From positions 5,850 to 69,849 of IMG/VR virus record IMGVR_UViG_3300034355_000644: 64,000 bases of DNA, one strand, 5' to 3'. The notes beneath the pieces are model-generated. The model saw nothing but the letters and a program-made list of their open reading frames with translations, made no database searches and was not told the origin of the DNA. Position numbers and translations under genes: made by a program. Source of the stretch: a virus. This document shows positions 37,783 to 47,365 of the stretch, one piece after another (position 1 is the first letter of the stretch; each line of letters opens with the position of its first letter).

Positions 37783-38330
37783 CGTTCTTCGATCAAGTAA
37801 TAGGTCGTTGTTCCTCTATTTGACTCATATACCGCAATTTCTTTCAAATTTTTATTGACTTTAAATGTTTTTGGCATATCAAATTCATCATTGCCCAAAT
37901 TATTAAACGCTCTTGCCCCAGTATATCGCGTGGAAGATGTTATCCGCTCTACAGAAAATCCTTGAGCCTTGGCAAAATTTTTCAATTGTTTCATTGACCA
38001 ATGAACGCCGCGTGTTCCCAAATCAACGCCACCATCAAACGAGCCAGAGGATGTATGTACAGTTTTTCCTTTTTCATCTGTATCTAATACTGGTTCAATA
38101 TTACCCACATCTATTTCCTTATCATTTTTACTTAACTTGAAGTTAATAACAAGTCTTGGTTTTGATGTTGATCTTTCGCTTACTATCGCCTCATAATAGC
38201 TATCATCATATTCTTCTACTACTTTTCTGAACTTTATATGCAACTCAGATGATGGATTCGCGTAAGATTCAAGCATTGCCAATGTTCCCGGCTTGCTAAA
38301 GAATTTTAAATGAATTTTTCTTGGCGACAT
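37779..38330 (-). CDS. hypothetical protein
   Basis: 183-aa ORF in late operon. Confidence 0.65.
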   Translation of the reverse strand: MSPRKIHLKFFSKPGTLAMLESYANPSSELHIKFRKVVEEYDDSYYEAIVSERSTSKPRLVINFKLSKNDKEIDVGNIEPVLDTDEKGKTVHTSSGSFDGGVDLGTRGVHWSMKQLKNFAKAQGFSVERITSSTRYTGARAFNNLGNDEFDMPKTFKVNKNLKEIAVYESNRGTTTYYLIEER

Positions 38331-38340
38331 AGAATTTCCT

Positions 38341-39315
38341 TCACTGATTTTTTTTGTCTCGTTTCGTTTTATATCCCTTAAAACTAACCATCGGGCTTTT
38401 GTTATTCACTAACTTAGGTTCGTCGCTGTCAGGAGTAACTACTAACTTCTTTCCTCCCGGTGTATTTGTCATTGTCAATGCCTTGTCTATTACTTGTTTA
38501 ATTCCGCCATTCATTCCAGATATGACTCCATGTTCTCCGAATGTCGTCTCAGCGGTCCATTCAGGCATATATGGATTCACATCGTCGGTTTTGGCCTCGG
38601 AACGAGCACGTGCCATAGCGACACCAAACCGATAGTTGTTATATGGGTCGGCGGCAGATAATCCGGGAATAATATAGGTTTGTCTCATAGGACCACTGTA
38701 TTCTGGTGGTAATTCAGTTTGTTCATTAAATCGTCTTTTATTTTCACTAAACTCTGTTGGCAAATCATAGGTATCAATCTTTTCTTTTGGTTGTACTCGC
38801 TTGATCTCTACTATTTTTCTCATATTAAAGATAACGACCATCATCTCACCCCAACCAAATGCGTTTGGCACCAATAGATAATCTATGCCTTGGCTAACCA
38901 AAAACTCACTTAAATCTTTCGTATTAGTTGGACGAATCGCATCATTGTTCAGAATGATGTTATTAAAAGTCTCAGCATTTATTTGATTATTTTTTGATCG
39001 TTTTTGTATTCTTTCCTTAACTTCGTTGCGTTTTTCTTTAACTACATATTGATCAACGAATGATATCGCAGCATCCGAATCAATTGAATGTGAATTTGCA
39101 TCATTGCCTTTTTGAAGAATGATCTTATACAATTTTCTTGATCCTTTTGAATACTTATTGGCTGTTCCCCAATGAGTGGTCGCATATAATCCACTACCAT
39201 ATTCAAATCTTCCCTTTTTTTGTGATATTAAAGCGAGATTGTCAGTAAGATTGCCGCCGTGCCAAAGAGTCATCTTTGTGTTATCATTTTCTACAATAAA
39301 TTCTTTGGCTCTCAT
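38341..39315 (-). CDS. putative internal head protein with ADP-ribosyltransferase-like domain
   Basis: MRAKEFIVE start (ATGA overlap at 39312-39315); LWHG...YGSGLYAT....A.KY...LY...E.MVV. Confidence 0.6.
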   Translation of the reverse strand: MRAKEFIVENDNTKMTLWHGGNLTDNLALISQKKGRFEYGSGLYATTHWGTANKYSKGSRKLYKIILQKGNDANSHSIDSDAAISFVDQYVVKEKRNEVKERIQKRSKNNQINAETFNNIILNNDAIRPTNTKDLSEFLVSQGIDYLLVPNAFGWGEMMVVIFNMRKIVEIKRVQPKEKIDTYDLPTEFSENKRRFNEQTELPPEYSGPMRQTYIIPGLSAADPYNNYRFGVAMARARSEAKTDDVNPYMPEWTAETTFGEHGVISGMNGGIKQVIDKALTMTNTPGGKKLVVTPDSDEPKLVNNKSPMVSFKGYKTKRDKKNQ

Positions 39316-39764
39316 AATATTTTTTCTCTGATTTTCCAATCATTGCTGCTGAACCCAAGAAAAAATAATGTGAAAAATTCTTGCCAGTGTTGCTCAGATT
39401 CAAACAACATTGTTCTTTTCAAAAAACCACCATTGATTCCATTATTAGCAAATTTTAATCCATCAAACACATAATAATCACGTACCATATCGTCTAATGT
39501 TCTGCTATCATCAAATCTGGCTATAGTTATCAACGCCGGAGTAGAGGGATCAACAGTTGTTAGTAATGCATTAAACGATACTGGATAGTATTGCATGCCA
39601 ACTTTGACATCACTTATCGTTTGATTGTTTATTAAAAATTGATTCAATCTTTCCAATTCTTTTTCGTCAGCGCCTTCTATTAAGTACTCTTTAAAATGCT
39701 CAAACATATCAATCAATTGATTGTCATTGACTGTCCATTCACCGATAAATTCTTTGGCTCTCAT
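39312..39764 (-). CDS. putative internal head protein
   Basis: MRAKEFIGE start with ATGA overlap at 39761-39764. Confidence 0.65.
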   Translation of the reverse strand: MRAKEFIGEWTVNDNQLIDMFEHFKEYLIEGADEKELERLNQFLINNQTISDVKVGMQYYPVSFNALLTTVDPSTPALITIARFDDSRTLDDMVRDYYVFDGLKFANNGINGGFLKRTMLFESEQHWQEFFTLFFLGFSSNDWKIREKIL

Positions 39765-39958
39765 GGATTCCATCCCCATTCTCTGATACTATCACCGTTT
39801 GTAAATACTTGATTAGCCGGAACTGTTTTTGATATAATTTTATATTTTCCATTCAGCACAGATTCACCATGACGCCCGCGATACTCCTCTTCGGATAATA
39901 TATCCAACTGATTTATAGTATTTCTCAGTGATTCCGTTAACGACATTTTTCGTTGCAT
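39761..39958 (-). CDS. hypothetical protein
   Basis: Fills operon, coupled stop/start. Confidence 0.55.
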   Translation of the reverse strand: MQRKMSLTESLRNTINQLDILSEEEYRGRHGESVLNGKYKIISKTVPANQVFTNGDSIREWGWNP

Positions 39959-39962
39959 TGGG

Positions 39963-40277
39963 TTAAACCGCGTTTACACCAGCCGTGCCAGAGCTTGCTG
40001 TTCCGATCTCACTGATAGTGAAACTAGCGCCGGTTACTGTGATCTTGTTGCCAACGCACACCTGAATATCTTCACTGGAGTTCGCGGGTACCTGTATTGG
40101 GTTACTATACATCGTGTCCGTGAAGGCTGGATATAGATACACCTGATAGGTCACCGGAGTGGTTCCTGTACTTATTTTCGCCTTGTCGGTTTGCCATACT
40201 AAATTTGACGCCGATGTGTATACGTTTGCGGCTGGCGCTGGTATTGATACCGACACTGATAACGATGCTGATGGCAT
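39963..40277 (-). CDS. small beta-rich probable structural protein
   Basis: Ser/Thr/Val/Ala-rich 104 aa, AAGGGG RBS. Confidence 0.65.
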   Translation of the reverse strand: MPSASLSVSVSIPAPAANVYTSASNLVWQTDKAKISTGTTPVTYQVYLYPAFTDTMYSNPIQVPANSSEDIQVCVGNKITVTGASFTISEIGTASSGTAGVNAV

Positions 40278-40280
40278 ATA

Positions 40281-40718
40281 TTATTCCCCTTTGTAATCTT
40301 GATACAGCTTGAATAGTGATCTTTCTAATATCATCAAGTCGGAATCTTCTTCCTCTTCAATACTCTCATGCGCATGTTGACGATCTTTTTGGCTAGCAAG
40401 AACCGGCACAGTAGATTGTCCAGTCGTTTTTGGCTTATTGAGTCCACCAGAATAAGAAGATAGGGTTGGAGTATCTTGGAATGTTTCTGGTTTTGTTGGC
40501 CAATTTGGTTTGTTTTCGTCTAATGGCTCATCTACGACATCCACTTCAATAGAATCTGGTTGTTGTTTAATGCCAGCCATTGCCAACAGTTGTAAAATTT
40601 CTTGTGCTTCTTCTTCGTCGAATGCAATTTGCATACCTTCATTTAATTGCTTTTTGGCAGTTGGTATCATATCATTTCTGTAAGACTTAAGAAGGTCTTC
40701 GTAAATAGATTTTGACAT
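40281..40718 (-). CDS. acidic probable head-associated protein
   Basis: LNE/LDE motifs, LLAMAGI, SGGLNKPK; late box 40742-40747. Confidence 0.65.
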   Translation of the reverse strand: MSKSIYEDLLKSYRNDMIPTAKKQLNEGMQIAFDEEEAQEILQLLAMAGIKQQPDSIEVDVVDEPLDENKPNWPTKPETFQDTPTLSSYSGGLNKPKTTGQSTVPVLASQKDRQHAHESIEEEEDSDLMILERSLFKLYQDYKGE

Positions 40719-40784
40719 TTTTGTTTCCTCAGTGTATTATGTATTTATCTTTTGTTTAATCTTCTCTTTAATCACAAATTCATT

Positions 40785-42140
40785 CTATGCATATTTTAGA
40801 TTATCTTTTGATAGCATGATGGCATTATCATCTTTATCTTTATCTTTAACTTTGATTCTTCCTTTTGACAGACTGATCAACTCACCCGATACATATCTTG
40901 GATCATCTTTTGATACTCTCATAGTATTTCCATGTTTGTCTCTAACCGGAACCGTTCCTTTATTGACAGAGACCAATTCACCCGATACATATCTTGGATC
41001 ATCTTTTGATACTCTCATAGTATTTCCATATTTGTCCCTTACACTCACTCTGCCTTTTTCTACATTCACCAACTCACCAGATACATATCTTGGATCATCT
41101 TTTGATACTTGCATAGTGTTGCCATCTTTGTCATATACTCTAACTTTCCCTTCATGTACACTAACGAGTTCTCCAGATAAAAATCTAGGATCATCTTTCG
41201 ACACCGATGTTGTATTACCATTCTTATCTATCACCGGAACCATTCCTTTTGTGTTATGGACCAATTCACCGGATAAATATCGCGGATCATCCACTGATAC
41301 TTGCATAGTATTACCATCTTTATCTCGCACAACTACTTTCCCGCAAGCAATACCAACTAATTCACCAGACACATATCTTGGATCATCTACTGATACTTGC
41401 ATAGTATTGCCATCTTTGTCTTTTACGACAACCCTTCCGGTAAATATATGGACCAATTCACCAGATAAATATCGCGGATCATCCACTGATACTTGCATAG
41501 TATTACCATCTTTATCTCGCACAACTACTTTCCCGCAAGCAATACCAATCAATTCGCCCGACACATATCTTGGATCATCTACTGATACTTGCATAATATT
41601 TTCTTCTTTGTCTTTTACTACTATAATTCCAGTGTTCGTGCCAATCAATTCGCCCGACACATATCTTGGATCATCCACTGATACTTGCATAGTATTGCCA
41701 TCTTTGTCTTTTACTGATGCCATACCAGAGGCTATCCCAATCAATTCACCAGACACACGTCTTGGATCATCAACGGACACAAATGATATGTTGCCGACTT
41801 TATCTTTTACAGCAATCATCCCATCAGCACGGAATCTCTCATTAGCATCAGTTGCATTTAACCACATAGGACTGCGTCGACATCCCATACGTTTATGGAC
41901 TTTACTTTCCCATTCCACTGTTTTTTTGGGACAATTAAACATTCTTCGTATTTGAATTACATTGGGTTCGCCGTGTAGTTCTCGAAATTTTTTCACGTGC
42001 CTGCTGGAAGTCCAATAATTCTTCCAAAAAGTATTCGGGTCGGAGTCTTGTCCGTACTTGGAGCCGTAATACCAGATACTAAGATGAGACCATCCGATTA
42101 GGTAGGTGTAAAAAATTGGTGCTTGTTTTTTAGTTGCCAT
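40785..42140 (-). CDS. GIY-YIG (Seg-like) endonuclease with ten full and one partial 32-aa KDKDG repeats
   Basis: N-terminus nearly identical to 1080..2087; 96-bp periodicity (GGATC at 41284, 41380, 41476). Confidence 0.82.
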   Translation of the reverse strand: MATKKQAPIFYTYLIGWSHLSIWYYGSKYGQDSDPNTFWKNYWTSSRHVKKFRELHGEPNVIQIRRMFNCPKKTVEWESKVHKRMGCRRSPMWLNATDANERFRADGMIAVKDKVGNISFVSVDDPRRVSGELIGIASGMASVKDKDGNTMQVSVDDPRYVSGELIGTNTGIIVVKDKEENIMQVSVDDPRYVSGELIGIACGKVVVRDKDGNTMQVSVDDPRYLSGELVHIFTGRVVVKDKDGNTMQVSVDDPRYVSGELVGIACGKVVVRDKDGNTMQVSVDDPRYLSGELVHNTKGMVPVIDKNGNTTSVSKDDPRFLSGELVSVHEGKVRVYDKDGNTMQVSKDDPRYVSGELVNVEKGRVSVRDKYGNTMRVSKDDPRYVSGELVSVNKGTVPVRDKHGNTMRVSKDDPRYVSGELISLSKGRIKVKDKDKDDNAIMLSKDNLKYA

Positions 42141-42207
42141 TGAAGTTTTCCTTTATTGGTTATGACAACGCCAATAGGAGAATTTTTAGGTTCACTGACC
42201 TGTATAA

Positions 42208-42285
42208 TAAATATCATTGCTGATTGCTCCTTATAAGCGTTAGAACCGATGGATACGCCAATATCGCGATCGGTACTTTTATTTA
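42208..42285. ncRNA. conserved two-hairpin element upstream of endonuclease, copy 3
   Basis: Outer stem ACCGAT/ATCGGT vs ACCAAT/ATTGGT in copies 1-2; 78-bp span. Confidence 0.75.
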
Positions 42286-42305
42286 TCAAATAAAAATCAA
42301 CACGT

Positions 42306-42335
42306 AAAAATAACCCGCCATTAGCGGGTTATTTT
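42306..42335. terminator. intrinsic terminator
   Basis: AAAAATAACCCGC-CATTA-GCGGGTTATTTT after 42339..43241. Confidence 0.8.
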
Positions 42336-42338
42336 ATT

Positions 42339-43241
42339 TCATTTGTATTTTAGTAGTTGTTTTAATCGGAGTAACTCAGAGGATTCATAAACGCCATTTC
42401 CTACTTGTTTTTCAGTGATCTTTTTATCACCTAAAATGGGTAGATTGGTAGTTGCCACTGCACCTGAACCAGAAGAACCACCGGACGCATTTTCGTCGGT
42501 TTTCTTGACTTTCTTGGGCAATCCCTTGTGTTTAGTAGATGCAAAGTCTTTTACGTCCTTTTTAGACATTGATTTAGCTGCTTCACCGGCCTTACCTTTT
42601 TTGGGTTGATCGCCCTTTTGCATTGAATTAACAACACCAAAGAATTTTTGTTGAGCTTTTGACTTTGCCTTTTCGGTTACTTCGGCTTCATCAAGTTTCT
42701 TGTCTTCGTGTTGCTTAATCCATTTACGGCATTCTGCTGCTGATTTGAATGGTCCAGCTTCGCTTGATGTCTTGCCGCTTCTGAATACATGCCACACACC
42801 GTCTTTAGTTTCACGGCCAGTGTATTTGGGAGTTACTTCGGCTTCATTTACATCTTCACGAGGTTGAGATTTCCACATTGCAGCAGCGGCAATTTTTTTA
42901 CCCTTTTCGCCACCACCGGCTTTCTTAGCAAGCGCATCAAAGCCTTTACCTTTTTTGCCAATATCTTTTCCAGCTTTTGCTTTCTTGACCACACTGGACT
43001 TCTTTTTCTTAGATAGTCCGGAACTTGGCTTCTTTTTTGATTCATCAACTGCGGAATCACAGTGATCTTTATCCTTGATAGCTTTTTTCATGGGTTCTTT
43101 TTTGTTCCCATCTTTATCAATATCAATGTAATCTGGCTTTGGCTTTTTACCCTCATTGAGTGGGTGAATTTTCTTTACCACTGCGCCGGGTAATTGAGAT
43201 TGAATCGCCTGTTCAATCAGTCTTTTAATATTGTTGCTCAT
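42339..43241 (-). CDS. Lys-rich modular probable internal head protein (DUF3008-like segment)
   Basis: KPDYIDIDKDGNKKEPMKKA; KAKSKAQQKFFG...MSKKDVKDFASTKHKGLP; modules separated by xNE/xDE/xTE. Confidence 0.65.
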   Translation of the reverse strand: MSNNIKRLIEQAIQSQLPGAVVKKIHPLNEGKKPKPDYIDIDKDGNKKEPMKKAIKDKDHCDSAVDESKKKPSSGLSKKKKSSVVKKAKAGKDIGKKGKGFDALAKKAGGGEKGKKIAAAAMWKSQPREDVNEAEVTPKYTGRETKDGVWHVFRSGKTSSEAGPFKSAAECRKWIKQHEDKKLDEAEVTEKAKSKAQQKFFGVVNSMQKGDQPKKGKAGEAAKSMSKKDVKDFASTKHKGLPKKVKKTDENASGGSSGSGAVATTNLPILGDKKITEKQVGNGVYESSELLRLKQLLKYK

Positions 43242-44605
43242 TATTGTTTCCTCTTTCCAGCTTTCGGTAAATCTACGATAATTCTTTTTAGTTTCCCTTT
43301 ATGTTCCACCACTACCTCAAATGATTCCGCGAATAGCGTAGAGGCTTCTTCGTCATCTAAGTAAAAATCAGTTTTTGGATCCCAGTATTTTCCTTCTTTT
43401 GGATCATAATAAATCGGTCTACCATTTGCGTTAAATGGTCCTTCTAATCCGGCTCTTCCTTCATATTCGTCGTCAAGTGAGGGAATAACACGATATCCTT
43501 CTGTAGCTGGCACTTTTGCACCACCGTGTTTTTTCTTTAGTGCATTATATACACCGGCTTTACGCTTTTCCGGAACATCTCCAAAATCAGTTGCTCCAGC
43601 AGACGCTTTCTTGATATACTTGGTGGCTGTGTTCTTGCTTAGTTCGTTTACTCTACTACACGAACTTTCATCAAATTCATCGTCGTCGCAAAGACTGACA
43701 TTACTTGATTGGAACGACCTTACTCCGTTCGGGCCTAAATCAACAACAACAAACCTGTTGTCTCTGCCGAAATCTTTTATCGTGCCTCTTTCACCGTTGA
43801 ATTGTACTCGTCCGATAATCTCAACTGTGTCGCCGATATTCATCTTTGATTTGCCTTTGAACATACCTTTTTTTGACTCGGGCGTTTCGTAGTCCCAATC
43901 GGATTCGGATACATTTTTCTTTCCATAAAAAGCATCGGTGTGTTTCTTTAAATCTTCTTTAGCATAACTACCAAGAGTGCCCTTGCTTAGTTCGTTTAGT
44001 TTATCGGCACCACTACGAAGTCGGTTTTTAGCCAACATTGATACGAATTTTACACCAGCGTCGGCCAATACTTGAAGGTGTTCTCTATCAAGATTATCCA
44101 AAAAGTCAATCAATTTTGTATAAGTAGGACTGTCTGGATCAATGCCTTCAATATTACCATAAGCTTTGCGTAGATTGCTAAGTAAATCTTCCATATTATC
44201 GGATTCTTCTTCAAGATGCATCTTATCTTGCCACTTTCCACCACCAACGGGTCCGGCTCTTTCATTAGTCATCTTATCAACCGCACGATCAATGCCGCGT
44301 TGGCGTTTATCAGAGTGTTCCAATCCTCTTTCATGTCTGCCTATGTTGCCCCGCTCATAATCAGCAGCGGATGCATAAGAGGCTTCACGGGAATCTTGAG
44401 CAGCTTTCTTTACGTAGCTACCGAGAGTCTTAGGTGAGAGTTCATCCAACTGAATTTCATCAGGAGCAAACCCCTGATCTTCATCAATATCATCTGGTAC
44501 GTATCCGGGAACCGCTTGAGCGGCATCTTTGACGCTTTCTGTCAATTTTCTTTTGCCACCGATAGCGGCAAGTTTTTCCTTTATATCATAAAAATAGTTG
44601 TTCAT
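43241..44605 (-). CDS. modular probable prohead core/internal protein
   Basis: Three (D/N)ELSxxTxxxYxK repeats; GLEGPF...YYDPKEGKYWDP..DFYL. Confidence 0.65.
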   Translation of the reverse strand: MNNYFYDIKEKLAAIGGKRKLTESVKDAAQAVPGYVPDDIDEDQGFAPDEIQLDELSPKTLGSYVKKAAQDSREASYASAADYERGNIGRHERGLEHSDKRQRGIDRAVDKMTNERAGPVGGGKWQDKMHLEEESDNMEDLLSNLRKAYGNIEGIDPDSPTYTKLIDFLDNLDREHLQVLADAGVKFVSMLAKNRLRSGADKLNELSKGTLGSYAKEDLKKHTDAFYGKKNVSESDWDYETPESKKGMFKGKSKMNIGDTVEIIGRVQFNGERGTIKDFGRDNRFVVVDLGPNGVRSFQSSNVSLCDDDEFDESSCSRVNELSKNTATKYIKKASAGATDFGDVPEKRKAGVYNALKKKHGGAKVPATEGYRVIPSLDDEYEGRAGLEGPFNANGRPIYYDPKEGKYWDPKTDFYLDDEEASTLFAESFEVVVEHKGKLKRIIVDLPKAGKRKQ

Positions 44606-44621
44606 ATTTTAAATCCTTAAC

Positions 44622-45254
44622 TCAAAGTAACCGGTCAATTAATTCTCGGTGTCGTCTTAACAAAAACAGTGTCCTTGTTTCTGCTAACATATCATTTCTT
44701 TCTGATAAAACATACTGATATCGTTTGAAGTCCGTATCATCATCGGCAAAATACTCATCAATTTCTGATGCATTATTGAACGTAACAAATGATTTACCGG
44801 GATTCTCTTTATCATACACTGATACTGAATGCCCGGATGCTAACATTCTTTTCCAAATAGCATACCCTTCATCACTCAATGATTCATCACTAAACAATCG
44901 CAATGAACGATTATTGTCGTCTAATATCGCATCATATAATTCAGAAGCATAAGGCGGCTTTCCTCTCCACTTAGGATTCTTTCCCGTTAATGTCACTACC
45001 AATCCTTGTGCCTTAATAAGCATTTCGGTTGCGAGAACTATTTGATCTCCTGATTGATACCAATAAAACATCGTCTGAGAGCCAACTATTTTCTTTATAT
45101 CATTTGTTACATCAATTACTTCACTTCCGTGTCGTATTCTATCTTTAATAGTATAATCTATTGTATCAAAGGTATCAAATGAACCAAGTCCTTGTGGCAT
45201 TTCAGCCAACCAAGTTTCATTAAAATCATTGCGTCCAGTGATATCAAGCGTCAT
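44622..45254 (-). CDS. GNAT-like protein, paralogue of 37156..37782
   Basis: NPKWRGK...ASELY...LFSDESLSDEGYAIWKRM resembles acetyl-CoA binding motif A and downstream helix. Confidence 0.55.
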   Translation of the reverse strand: MTLDITGRNDFNETWLAEMPQGLGSFDTFDTIDYTIKDRIRHGSEVIDVTNDIKKIVGSQTMFYWYQSGDQIVLATEMLIKAQGLVVTLTGKNPKWRGKPPYASELYDAILDDNNRSLRLFSDESLSDEGYAIWKRMLASGHSVSVYDKENPGKSFVTFNNASEIDEYFADDDTDFKRYQYVLSERNDMLAETRTLFLLRRHRELIDRLL

Positions 45255-45260
45255 AAGATA

Positions 45261-45878
45261 TTATCCTTTCGGATTTCTCCCTGTTGCCGGTTTAGCTGGT
45301 CGTTTTACCTTAGTCATCGGTGAATCATTGCCTGTCTTGAAGTCATTGGTCGTCTTTGCTTTAGGAGGTGTTTTACCCTCATAGCCAGAGATTTCAAAAT
45401 CAGAACGATAAGTATTTTTCAATACATTATGTTCACCATAAGGAGCAGAATAATCTTTCTTTAGCTCATTCTGTTCTGGTGTGTTTTCTGGGTAATCGGT
45501 ATCAACCAATAATCCCTTGTTTTCTTCGTCGGTCCTTTCTATTTCATCAACAAAACCATCAGAGTGTGCAGTTGTCAGCATCACGATTCTGTTTGGGTCC
45601 AATCCCAAGAATTGAGCAAAGTTTTTAATCTGTGGTTCAATCGCCGGATACCTGAACTCAACATCAAACATTTTTACTCTCTCATTTGGGTACTTTGGAA
45701 AGTCGGTTGATTTCGGCATCACCGGAGTTTCTTTTGTTTCGGATGTTTTTAGTGGATCAAATTGCTTTAATTTTTCTTTTAGATTTTTTTCAAAATCTTC
45801 TGGAACATCACCAACATACTTGATTCTGTAGTTATATGTACGTTGAGATTCAGCTAAGTATTGCTTAAATAGTGTCAT
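45261..45878 (-). CDS. conserved hypothetical phage protein (probable head-associated)
   Basis: MTLFKQYLAES N-terminus; YNYRIK...TP....DFP...YP. Confidence 0.7.
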   Translation of the reverse strand: MTLFKQYLAESQRTYNYRIKYVGDVPEDFEKNLKEKLKQFDPLKTSETKETPVMPKSTDFPKYPNERVKMFDVEFRYPAIEPQIKNFAQFLGLDPNRIVMLTTAHSDGFVDEIERTDEENKGLLVDTDYPENTPEQNELKKDYSAPYGEHNVLKNTYRSDFEISGYEGKTPPKAKTTNDFKTGNDSPMTKVKRPAKPATGRNPKG

Positions 45879-45918
45879 TTTTGTGTCCTAATTGTGGAAT
45901 ATAGTGTATCTTATATCC

Positions 45919-47190
45919 TTATGTCACTACTTCAGTGACTAACTCCATCCCTCCAGAAACTATTGATTTATCAATAGACCTCTCGGTTTTAATACTGAAT
46001 TTCTTTAGAGTCGTTGGGATTTTTCTTCCCATTTCGCCGAGGGCCGACGAAGATATTGTTGATCCGTATAAATCTACTTGACCAACTCGTTTTATATTAA
46101 TTGCAGCATTTACATCTCTATCATGGCTTGTTCTACAAACAGGACAATCCCATTCGCGAACATTCAAGAGAAGAACTTCAAGTTTATGATTACAACAAGA
46201 ACATGTTTTTGATGTGGGTGTAAAACGATTTATCTTATAGAATGTTTTGCCAAACCAATTTGCCTTATACTCAATCATTGAAGCTAGTGTAGACCAGGCA
46301 GAATCTTGAATAACTCGTGATAGTTTTCTATTCTTCAACATACCCGATACATTTAAATCTTCCATGAATATTGAATCATAATTTTCTATTAGCCATGTAC
46401 TCACGCAATGATAATAATCATTGCGTTGTCTGGTATATTTTGAGTATTTCCTCGCTAACTGCATTCTCGCTTTTTCTCTGTTGTTGCTCCCCTTACTCTT
46501 TCTTGCGAGCTTTTTTTGTAAATGCTTGATTTGTTGCTTGGTTTTTGTCAACAATATCAAATCTTTTGGATTTCTAAATTTATCACCATCACTGGTAATA
46601 AATAAATCCATAATTCCTAAATCAATTCCGATCTCGCGACCAGTCATTGATCTTAATTCTTGTTCCACTTCAGCCAACACAGATACATAATATCTACCAT
46701 CTTTATCAAGAGATATTGTAGCACTTTTTATTTTGCCGTCAATTTCTCTGTCAATAATCGCTTTTACGTATCCCAATTTTGGTAAATGTATCTTGTTATT
46801 ATTTATGCGAATTACATTGTTGTTATTTGGCGTCCGATAGCTTTGTCTTGCATATTTGCTTTTAAATTTTGGTGCGTTTACTTTTTTGCCTTTTCTTTTA
46901 CCATTAATTGCCTTAAAGAAATTACTATATGCTTCCGATAAATCTTTGGCCGCTTGTTGTAGTGCTTGACTATCCACGTCAGCTAAAAAAGTTGCATCTT
47001 CTTTTTTCCACTCCACCAACAGGTTGTTCATTTGAAAATGAGTTAAGTGGTGTTCCTTTGATTTATATCTTTGCAATTGAGTATTGAGAAGGTTATTAAA
47101 CACATATCTTTTACACCCAAATGTCTTCGACATCAATTCTCTTTGAATGATGGTCGGGTAGATTCTGTATTTGAATGATTTAAATATCAC
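45919..47190 (-). mobile_element. tnpB: TnpB RNA-guided endonuclease (IS200/IS605 OrfB), no TnpA nearby
   Basis: FKYRIYPT...FGC.RYVFN HTH; RuvC GIDLG, MEDL, HDRD.NAA.NI; CSCC/CPVC Zn ribbon; likely GTG start 47190. Confidence 0.92.
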
Positions 47191-47365
47191 TATCTCGGTA
47201 TACTCTATTATAATGATTCGTATATACTTGTAACACACTGACCAATTGATTGTAAATATCTGCGTTGCCAGAACGAGCTATGGCAATCAATCTATTTTGT
47301 AATTGATAGATTTTACTCTCAACTTCTTCTTTTGTCAATGATTCCAACTTTACCAATGGATTCAT
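47180..47365 (-). CDS. small hypothetical protein coupled to tnpB
   Basis: 61-aa helical ORF behind TAAATA (47372-47377), overlapping tnpB start. Confidence 0.6.
   Translation of the reverse strand: MNPLVKLESLTKEEVESKIYQLQNRLIAIARSGNADIYNQLVSVLQVYTNHYNRVYRDSDI

Noticed and set aside
40732-41955. 407-aa plus-strand ORF with repeats
   Set aside because: Antisense shadow of the 96-bp repeat array of 40785..42140; the same applies to 1187..1735, 1447..1686 and 36444..36863.
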